A DNA stretch of 35,050 bases from the UHGV virus genome UHGV-0197915; one strand, written 5' to 3'. This DNA is from a virus. Of this stretch, positions 28,104 through 35,050 are shown piece after piece; position 1 is the first letter of the stretch, and each line of letters starts with the position of its first letter. The notes beneath the pieces are model-generated. The model was not told where the DNA came from. It saw only the letters and a list, made by a program, of their open reading frames with translations, and ran no database searches. A program made the position numbers and the translations under genes.

Positions 28104-30391
28104 TATTTCCACTCCTCTTGAATTGAGAATCCCGGCCACTCATCAGCAGCCGCGTATTTGAATTTTTTATCGCCATAAATCACCGTTGCCCCACGCACCA
28201 GCGCTTCGAGCTCCCACCGTTCCGGGGTAATGCCCTCCTGAGCCAAATCGAAACGAATTTTCGCCACGCGATCCCTTTCTGGTTTTGTCATCCTGGCTGA
28301 TGGAGCTTGCTCACTCGTTTTGAGTAGCGCATTGCTTCTTTGCTGGCGATTTTTGCGAGGGATGCCAGCTCTTAACGCACCGTTAAGCGCCTTCATGACG
28401 TCTGGCTCATTCCATCCGATAACTCCGCGCTCAATCAGATTTAACACCGCTGCGGCTTGCTCAGACGGTGTGGGTGTCATAACTGGAGTATCACCGTCGG
28501 TGAGCTTTCCACAGTTATTGACAGGACTCCGAGGCGCGGCAGCGCCGCTTTTTAAGGTCAAAGGCTCAACGGCCAAAACCTTTGGAACTATGCGCCATTC
28601 CGCTGTACGGGTTACATGTACGCGGCTCGCCCCAAGATGAGGGGCATAAATACCGACCACTTTCTCGATATCCTCCTCGTATTCGTTTACCTCATCCGTC
28701 ACCTTACGGGCGACCCTGACCACCTGAGCATCACGCGGCATGTTTGCCCCACCCTGCGCGCTGATGTACAGGTCAAATTCCCCCTCATCTGCAGCAGCCC
28801 GGACGGCCTCGACACGGTCGTCAAACTCGCTGGCGATACTCACCCCGCGCGGCAGCTTACGCAGTTCGCGGTAAGCGCCCATTGTCGGGAGGCCAATCGG
28901 TTTAAACTGAGGGATACGCCATGTAGACGCCCATGCGGTTACGGCTGCGGCCGTATCTTTCAGAGGTTTGCCGGTATCGTGATCGAGCTGACCGTCAAGC
29001 GCGTAGCCGTCGATATTTTTGGCAATGTATTTGGCGATATAACCCGCCGCGCCCCCCTGATTAAGGTGACGCGACTCAAAGCGCTGTTTTGCCGCGCCCT
29101 TTTCGTGTCCGTCCTCTTTGAGGGCATAACGACGCATAATTTCGTTGATAGCTTTACGCTGACCGAGTTTGCAAAAAAGCATCATATGCCAGTGTGGCGT
29201 GCCGTCGTGGTGCGGCTCGACAACGCGCATCCCATACACTTCCAAATCGTTATCTTTGAAAGCGGTACGCATCAGGCTCCAGATTCGGCACAGATAGCGC
29301 TGGCCGTTTTTAGGGGTGAATGCGGTTTCGTTCCAGCCGTGATTGAGCTGCACCGTTTTGCTGTCACCTTTGCCGACCTGTCGGGTCGGGTGATACTTCG
29401 ACGGCGTGGTCAGCGTGATAAACATTCCCACATCACCAACGCTGGCCGCATAGCGTTCAATTCCGGCAATGGTATTCATCAGCTCCATACGGCGTATTTC
29501 AGGGTTTGAAATACTCCCCATGACTTTACTGATGAGGTCGATACGTTCGCCGGTAACTTTGTTTTCCAGCTCACAGGATTTCAGGTATTCGAGATTAGCC
29601 AGCCGGCGCGAGTGAACCTCGCGGATCGCCATTTTGCTGGCGTAAGGTGAACGGTCTTTGTTGACTTCACCGGCAGCGATAAGCAGCGCCTCACGCCAGC
29701 GCATACGCTGCGCCTTGAGCTGGTTAACCCACCAATCATCTTTTATCAGACGGGAAATAGCGGAAAACGCCATGCGGATCGTCATCTGACCCTTACGGTA
29801 TTTTTTCCAGTAGAGCGGGGTTAAGTTGAACGCGCGTGCAACACCAGCCACCTGACCATATATGTGCACCTGCGCCTCATCGGTGAAAAGGGTCTCTTTA
29901 CCGCCGAATGCCTCAGCCCATTCGTCGCTGAGTTCCTCGTATTTACGCCAGAGCTGCGCGGCAATTCTGGCCGCAAATTTTTTCAGCTCTTTGTCATTCA
30001 TATCAGGCAAGCGCGCATATTCGTCATGCTCAGACAAGAAACCAATCGACGCAGATTCATTCATCCCGCACAGCTCGTTAACGCGCTCAAGACGCGGCAA
30101 CAGCTTCCGCTCAAAGGTGTTTTTCAGGAAATAGAGCGCCCCGAGCGGGCTCTTTGTGCGGCGAATGAAGTTATAACGGGAAGTAAACAACGTCTTAAGA
30201 AAGAAAGGCAGGCGGTCAATCCGGTATAAAACACCTTGCACCTGACGGAATTCGGCACGTGTAAGGGGTCTGTCACGGCCAATGGCAGCGCGGGGAGCAT
30301 TCCAGGGATAAGCACCAACGAAAGTATCGCCGGTGCGCTTAGATATTGGCAGGGCTAGCGAGGGGGCAATACGCCCCCGAGTCTCAACGGC
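28103..30391 (-). CDS. A: Replication initiation protein gpA (rolling-circle nickase)
   Basis: Start at MAVETRGRIAPS…; strong similarity to P2 A throughout as recalled; 762 aa. Confidence 0.85.
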   Translation of the reverse strand, partial: AVETRGRIAPSLALPISKRTGDTFVGAYPWNAPRAAIGRDRPLTRAEFRQVQGVLYRIDRLPFFLKTLFTSRYNFIRRTKSPLGALYFLKNTFERKLLPRLERVNELCGMNESASIGFLSEHDEYARLPDMNDKELKKFAARIAAQLWRKYEELSDEWAEAFGGKETLFTDEAQVHIYGQVAGVARAFNLTPLYWKKYRKGQMTIRMAFSAISRLIKDDWWVNQLKAQRMRWREALLIAAGEVNKDRSPYASKMAIREVHSRRLANLEYLKSCELENKVTGERIDLISKVMGSISNPEIRRMELMNTIAGIERYAASVGDVGMFITLTTPSKYHPTRQVGKGDSKTVQLNHGWNETAFTPKNGQRYLCRIWSLMRTAFKDNDLEVYGMRVVEPHHDGTPHWHMMLFCKLGQRKAINEIMRRYALKEDGHEKGAAKQRFESRHLNQGGAAGYIAKYIAKNIDGYALDGQLDHDTGKPLKDTAAAVTAWASTWRIPQFKPIGLPTMGAYRELRKLPRGVSIASEFDDRVEAVRAAADEGEFDLYISAQGGANMPRDAQVVRVARKVTDEVNEYEEDIEKVVGIYAPHLGASRVHVTRTAEWRIVPKVLAVEPLTLKSGAAAPRSPVNNCGKLTDGDTPVMTPTPSEQAAAVLNLIERGVIGWNEPDVMKALNGALRAGIPRKNRQQRSNALLKTSEQAPSARMTKPERDRVAKIRFDLAQEGITPERWELEALVRGATVIYGDKKFKYAAADEWPGFSIQEEWK

Positions 30392-30659
30392 CATCAGCAC
30401 AAAACGCGGTCTGACATTGCAGTCCCAACTGCTCGACCTGCTCACCCAACGCCGCAAAACTATCAGCACCGCCATTTAAAAGGTCATGTAGCACCAGACC
30501 AGAAATCAGTTTTTGAATCGTCGGGTAATACCCGACAGTATCAAGCCATTCGCTACCTTCATTTTTTCCAGCAGTCGCCACTTTCTTTTCCTGCAAAATG
30601 AACTGGTAGCGATCGCTTGTAACTACATACTGATGATTTATCTCGATACGGATACTCAT
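30384..30659 (-). CDS. Hypothetical protein (91 aa)
   Basis: Small ORF between B and A, overlapping the A start; no recognisable motif. Confidence 0.45.
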   Translation of the reverse strand: MSIRIEINHQYVVTSDRYQFILQEKKVATAGKNEGSEWLDTVGYYPTIQKLISGLVLHDLLNGGADSFAALGEQVEQLGLQCQTAFCADGR

Positions 30660-30681
30660 TTTTGTCTCCTTCTAAAATTGA

Positions 30682-30918
30682 TTAGCAAGCACAATGAAAA
30701 ATTGAGTTGTGCAATTTTTCGGACTCTTGCCCCAATAGCTCGATGATCTCGGTGCGGTTGAGTTCTGACTTACTGATGTGCGCAATTAGGCGATCAAAAT
30801 GAGAGGATAAACGGGTCGCGGTATCGAGCTGCGCATCGCGCAACGCTTGCGCCAGATGTACCGAGAGCACACACGTCGGCACTTTATTTTGTTTATGCAT
30901 TTGCCTATCTCCAGACAA
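30682..30918 (-). CDS. Hypothetical protein (78 aa)
   Basis: Small ORF between B and A; no recognisable motif. Confidence 0.4.
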   Translation of the reverse strand: MSGDRQMHKQNKVPTCVLSVHLAQALRDAQLDTATRLSSHFDRLIAHISKSELNRTEIIELLGQESEKLHNSIFHCAC

Positions 30919-30966
30919 AAGGAATCCCCACGCAGTAAGGCGTGTAATAGAACGAATCCAGATTAA

Positions 30967-31467
30967 TTAATGTAAATACTGCTCAGGCTTTACCGAGGTT
31001 AATATCGTTGGCGCGTGTTCAAATAACCCAAAAAGCTCACGCAAAGCGCGGAATAGTTTCTCTCGCCAATAACAAGCATCTTCGTCAATGCGCCAGTAAG
31101 GCTGATTGAACTCGACCTCACTCAATCCCGCGTGTAGAAATAAAGAGCGGCGCTGACCCACAGTTAGAAAACTAATATATGCAGATTCACTTGCGCCAAC
31201 CTGACGACGTTTTGAAAAAGCAGCGCGCAGCTCATCGATAGCACAAGCCAGACGTTCGCGGTCGACATCATTCATTTCTTCAAAGCGCATTACTGCGTGA
31301 CGCTGTTTTAACCGAGCATGAAAACAGACAGTCAAGCGGTCACGCTCCATCATCTGATTATAAAAATCACAGGTATCGTGCCAGCGAGGTTCCGCAAGAT
31401 GCTTTCCTATAACGACGCGTAGAGCTGCAGGTTGTTTTTGAACTAATGCAAGAGTCATAACCGTCAT
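30967..31467 (-). CDS. B: Replication protein gpB
   Basis: 166 aa (the P2 B length) at the P2 B position. Confidence 0.8.
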   Translation of the reverse strand: MTVMTLALVQKQPAALRVVIGKHLAEPRWHDTCDFYNQMMERDRLTVCFHARLKQRHAVMRFEEMNDVDRERLACAIDELRAAFSKRRQVGASESAYISFLTVGQRRSLFLHAGLSEVEFNQPYWRIDEDACYWREKLFRALRELFGLFEHAPTILTSVKPEQYLH

Positions 31468-31658
31468 AACGATATCCCTCGGGATTTCATAAAGCGTTTA
31501 GCCATAGCAATAAATCCAGGCTTGCGAGTGCGGATGATGATGCCTTTACGCCCTTTACCATGAGTGATGTTGAACTTCATCGGGCGTGGACTTTCGTTAC
31601 GCAGTAACTGAGCTATACAACGTGGCTCTTTCATTTCTGGCTCCTTATGCTGGTTCAC
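31464..31658 (-). CDS. Hypothetical protein (64 aa)
   Basis: Small ORF between cox and B, overlapping both; no recognisable motif. Confidence 0.4.
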   Translation of the reverse strand: MNQHKEPEMKEPRCIAQLLRNESPRPMKFNITHGKGRKGIIIRTRKPGFIAMAKRFMKSRGISL

Positions 31659-31920
31659 CTAATCCCAACCACATCAACCAACCATCACGAATTTCTTTAG
31701 GGCGACTGTCATAGGCCATCTTCATGCCTTTGTTCCATGCTGGCAGATATACCCAGTATTCCCCTGCTCTCCCACTTGTAGACTGCGGATCAGTCATCTC
31801 AACTATCGGTAGTTTGCCTTTCTCAATCATCCCTTTGACAGCAGCAGGGGTTTTACCAATAAGACGCGCAAACTCCTGATACGGAACCGCGTCGCTCGCG
31901 CTCTCAATGACCCTATTCAT
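31645..31920 (-). CDS. cox: Cox (excisionase / repressor of the lysogenic promoter)
   Basis: 91 aa; …PYQEFARLIGKTPAAVKGMIEKGKLP…SGRAGEYWVYLPAWN…RPKEIRDGWLMWLGLGEP closely matches P2 Cox as recalled. Confidence 0.85.
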   Translation of the reverse strand: MNRVIESASDAVPYQEFARLIGKTPAAVKGMIEKGKLPIVEMTDPQSTSGRAGEYWVYLPAWNKGMKMAYDSRPKEIRDGWLMWLGLGEPA

Positions 31921-31942
31921 TTGTGACTATTCCTCGTTAGTG

Positions 31943-31972
31943 TTTTAATTGCTCCTAATGGCTTTTAATTGC
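31943..31972. promoter_or_regulatory. Candidate repressor operators in the C/cox switch region (direct repeats TTTTAATTGC ×2, 20 bp apart)
   Basis: Exact 10-bp direct repeat between the divergent cox and C genes. Confidence 0.4.
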
Positions 31973-32055
31973 CATATTGGAGCCATAAATCTGCGGTAAC
32001 GAAGCAAAGATTACTCCGTTATCATTTTTCTATCAATAGTGGAGTGTTAATTACG

Positions 32056-32352
32056 ATGATACCCGTCAACGAGAAGCTGGCCATCATGCGTGAGTCGGAA
32101 CGTATGAATAGAAAAGAATTCAGTGACTTAACTGGAGTTCCGTATAGCTCTCTTTCTAGTTATGAGAAGGGAGTAAAAGATATGGGCATACAAGCAGTGA
32201 TGAAGATTTTGAATCATCCACAGTTCAAAAAATATACCATGTGGTTCATGACTGAGACGATATCACCAGAAGCTGGGCAGATTGCACCGGCTCTCGCGCA
32301 CTTTGGGCAGCAGACAACAACGTCACCCCACTCAGACCAGAAAACTGGCTAA
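32056..32352 (+). CDS. C: Immunity repressor C
   Basis: Start at MIPVNEKLAIM…; …TGVPYSSLSSYEKG…FKKYTMWFMT…GQIAPALAHFGQ…TSPHSDQKTG resembles P2 C as recalled; 98 aa. Confidence 0.8.
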   Translation: MIPVNEKLAIMRESERMNRKEFSDLTGVPYSSLSSYEKGVKDMGIQAVMKILNHPQFKKYTMWFMTETISPEAGQIAPALAHFGQQTTTSPHSDQKTG

Positions 32353-32448
32353 CCATTTACGGTGCTTATCTGTGCAGTAAATGCACGGTGAGTTTTTGTT
32401 ATTTAAATCAGGAAATTGAAGTACGCAGTAACATCATCGGGAGGCTTT

Positions 32449-33462
32449 ATGTCTGTTAAAAAGCTCGATGATGGTCGTTATGAAGTGGACATTAGACCTG
32501 CAGGGCGCAACGGAAAGCGCATCCGCAGGAAATTTGACAAGAAAAGCGAAGCTATCGCTTTCGAGAAGCATACCCAGTACAACCATCACAACAAAGAATG
32601 GTTGGCGAAACCGACAGATAAGCGGCATCTGTCAGAGCTAACAAAAATCTGGTGGGAGCTGAAAGGCAAGCATGAAACTCACGGCCGAGATTACCTGGGC
32701 AAGATAGAGTTGTTCACAAAGATAACCAGTGACCCTTGTGCCTTTCAGATTACTAAGTCATTGATAAGCCAATACAGCACTGTGCGGCGTTCTCAAGGCA
32801 TCAAGCCATCGAGTATAAATCGTGATTTAACGTGTCTTAGCGGGATGTTTACCGCGTTGATAGATGCGGAGCTATTTTTCGGGGAGCATCCTTTCCGAGG
32901 TCTTAAAAGACTCAAAGAGGATAAGCCAGAAACCGGCTACCTGACGCAAGAGGAGATCGCGCTTCTGCTGTCAAAAGTGGACGGTGATAATAAAAAAATT
33001 GCGATTCTTTGCCTTAGCACCGGCGCGAGATGGAGTGAGGCAGCAAAACTGAAAGCGGAAAATATCATTCAAAATCGCGTCACTTTCGTTAAGACAAAAA
33101 CCAACAAGCCGCGAACCGTTCCTATATCCGAGGAACTGGCAACAATGATCACAACGGGTAAGCGTGGCTATCTGTTCACTGATGCTAACTATCCCGCGTT
33201 CAGACGGCTAATGAAGGAGCTGAAACCCGACCTACCACCGGGTCAGGCTACGCACGCATTGCGGCACAGCTTCGCCACGCACTTTATGATAAACGGAGGC
33301 AACATTATCACGCTTCAGAGAATACTTGGGCATTCAAGAATTGAGCAGACAATGACATATGCGCACTTCGCCCCTGAGTACCTACAGGACGCGATAACGC
33401 TTAATCCTCTACGTGGTGGTGTTGGCTCTCAGAGTGTCCACACAGTGTCCACAGTAGGGTAG
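32449..33462 (+). CDS. int: Tyrosine integrase
   Basis: Start at MSVKKLDDGRYEVD preceded by GGGAGG; C-terminal R…HxxR…Y catalytic region (HALRHSFATH … MTYAHF); 337 aa. Confidence 0.85.
   Translation: MSVKKLDDGRYEVDIRPAGRNGKRIRRKFDKKSEAIAFEKHTQYNHHNKEWLAKPTDKRHLSELTKIWWELKGKHETHGRDYLGKIELFTKITSDPCAFQITKSLISQYSTVRRSQGIKPSSINRDLTCLSGMFTALIDAELFFGEHPFRGLKRLKEDKPETGYLTQEEIALLLSKVDGDNKKIAILCLSTGARWSEAAKLKAENIIQNRVTFVKTKTNKPRTVPISEELATMITTGKRGYLFTDANYPAFRRLMKELKPDLPPGQATHALRHSFATHFMINGGNIITLQRILGHSRIEQTMTYAHFAPEYLQDAITLNPLRGGVGSQSVHTVSTVG
33437..33455. promoter_or_regulatory. Putative integrase arm-type sites (TGTCCACA-cag-TGTCCACA) overlapping the int 3' end
   Basis: Exact 8-bp direct repeat ~95 bp from the attR core; same octamer as at 541-559. 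Confidence 0.4.
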
Positions 33463-33546
33463 TTTATTATGGCTTTCAGTGGTCTTGCGTGCCGCGCAAA
33501 CCCGCATTGCACCGCTGAAAGCCCCTGTTGTAAGGGTATATAAACG

Positions 33547-33568
33547 CCCTTACACGGGCTTATTTTTT
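33547..33568. repeat. attR core (22-bp direct repeat CCCTTACACGGGCTTATTTTTT)
   Basis: Identical to 478-499. Confidence 0.75.
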
Positions 33569-33726
33569 ATGCATAAGCCCTATCCCTGGTCACCGTCTTC
33601 CATTGACCACATCGATAGAATCTCCCTTCATAGCACGATGCCTTTCACGTAACGGCATCGTGCTCGCACAGGTTCCGGCTAAGCACAACCAGAACGCGCA
33701 TGTTTGACGCTTACCAAAAAATATTC

Positions 33727-34044
33727 TCACTCTCCACATTTGAATGTCAGACGAGCGACGCCATGTAATCCTGCACCTTCTGTCTTCAGGTCAACTATCT
33801 GCATTTTTTTGCCCTGAGTAACACAGAAATGGGCTGCATCATTTTTTACTATATTTTCTGCACCAGATATTCTGCCCCTGGCTAAAGAAGCTTCGGCTTC
33901 GGTGTAGTATTGGTTATCGAGTTTACGCTGAATATTACTTTTATATGCAAGACCAAATTTACCGATACTTGTCTCATCATTATGCACAGCACAACCAGAC
34001 ATAATAAAAATACTAATTAATGATATAGCAGCTATCTTTTTCAT
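33727..34044 (-). CDS. yegR: Lipoprotein YegR
   Basis: Start at MKKIAAISLISIFIMSGC (lipobox); 105 aa; synteny with yegS. Confidence 0.8.
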   Translation of the reverse strand: MKKIAAISLISIFIMSGCAVHNDETSIGKFGLAYKSNIQRKLDNQYYTEAEASLARGRISGAENIVKNDAAHFCVTQGKKMQIVDLKTEGAGLHGVARLTFKCGE

Positions 34045-34458
34045 CTCACCTTCCCCCATTAAATACCAACGACACTCTCTAGTGTTTAAATATAATAATG
34101 GCATGATTATTATAATTGAATAGGATTATAATAAATGTTCTGTACAACATTTCCTACATAAGTAGGAATTACGGACATTGAGGCCCTTCAGGGTAACTCC
34201 ATGGGGGCTTTAATATATTTGGAATAGTATATTTAAGATGCCACTGTTTGGTTGAATATTAGGCATATGCTCTTTTTTGAAATTTATCGGTGGCAGCCGT
34301 TAGTATTCGCTGTCCCCATTGCAAGCTCCTGGTGGTAACCACTGAATCCTCCATACTTGAACTGACTTTTTATCCTCCGACTTTCATCCTGTTCTGACTC
34401 CACCTTTTGTTTTCTGCTCTACACTATCTACAGACCAATCATAAAGGCACATACGATC

Positions 34459-35050
34459 ATGGCAGAATTTCCCGCCAGCTTACTGATTCTTAATGGCAAA
34501 AGTACTGACAATCTACCCTTGCGCGAAGCAATTATGCTGTTGCGTGAGGAAGGAATGACGATCCATGTGCGGGTCACCTGGGAGAAAGGCGATGCCGCAC
34601 GATATGTAGAGGAGGCCCGGAAGTTGGGCGTCGCAACGGTGATTGCCGGTGGTGGCGATGGCACCATTAATGAAGTTTCTACGGCGTTGATTCAGTGTGA
34701 GGGGGATGACATACCCGCGCTGGGAATTTTGCCATTAGGAACCGCCAATGATTTTGCCACCAGTGTAGGGATTCCTGAGGCACTGGATAAGGCGCTGAAA
34801 CTGGCAATTGCCGGTAACGCCATTGCGATAGATATGGCGCAGGTCAACAAACAAACCTGTTTTATTAATATGGCGACAGGCGGATTTGGGACGCGTATTA
34901 CCACAGAAACGCCGGAAAAATTAAAAGCCGCGCTGGGTGGCGTCTCTTACATCATTCATGGCTTAATGCGCATGGATACTCTGCAACCGGACCGTTGTGA
35001 AATCCGCGGTGAAAACTTTCACTGGCAAGGTGACGCCCTGGTCATTGGTA
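34459..35050 (+). CDS. yegS: Lipid kinase YegS (3'-partial; continues beyond the window)
   Basis: [15 protein letters not shown]…[10 protein letters not shown]… diacylglycerol-kinase-like catalytic motif; no stop before the window end. Confidence 0.85.
   Translation, partial: MAEFPASLLILNGKSTDNLPLREAIMLLREEGMTIHVRVTWEKGDAARYVEEARKLGVATVIAGGGDGTINEVSTALIQCEGDDIPALGILPLGTANDFATSVGIPEALDKALKLAIAGNAIAIDMAQVNKQTCFINMATGGFGTRITTETPEKLKAALGGVSYIIHGLMRMDTLQPDRCEIRGENFHWQGDALVIG

Larger units (their letters stand above)
478..33568. mobile_element. Complete P2-like prophage (~33 kb) integrated at the 3' end of cyaR
   Basis: Full P2 gene order, integrase next to the right repeat, ogr next to the left repeat, 22-bp direct repeats at both ends, cos site inside. 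Confidence 0.85.

Noticed and set aside
34428-34904. Minus-strand ORFs (79 and 70 aa) near the window end
   Set aside because: Antisense to the well-supported yegS coding sequence.
1-35050. CRISPR arrays, tRNA or rRNA genes
   Set aside because: No regularly spaced short direct repeats and no tRNA-like cloverleaf noticed by eye; the integration site is an sRNA (cyaR), not a tRNA.

Overview
This window is an enterobacterial (Escherichia-like) chromosomal locus, yegQ – cyaR … yegR – yegS, carrying a complete ~33 kb P2-like (Peduovirus-type) prophage integrated at the 3' end of the CyaR sRNA gene. The prophage is bounded by a 22-bp direct repeat (478-499 and 33547-33568) and runs ogr, D-U-T-E/E'-FII-FI, G-H-I-J-W-V, S-R-lysis-X-L-M-N-O (all minus strand), P-Q (plus), cos, A-B-cox (minus), C-int (plus). 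Three things stand out against this backbone. (1) An AT-rich two-gene cassette between S and V encodes a DUF262/ParB-like protein plus a HEPN-like (RNxxxH) protein. (2) A second AT-rich cassette between Q and cos encodes a eukaryotic-like Ser/Thr kinase translationally coupled to a PP2C phosphatase. (3) A decayed group II intron sits just inside attL, downstream of the ogr-operon terminator. Both cassettes are candidate anti-phage/abortive-infection modules by inference only. The right flank also appears to keep a short remnant of an older P2-like element. All calls come from reading the sequence and recalled family knowledge; no searches were run.
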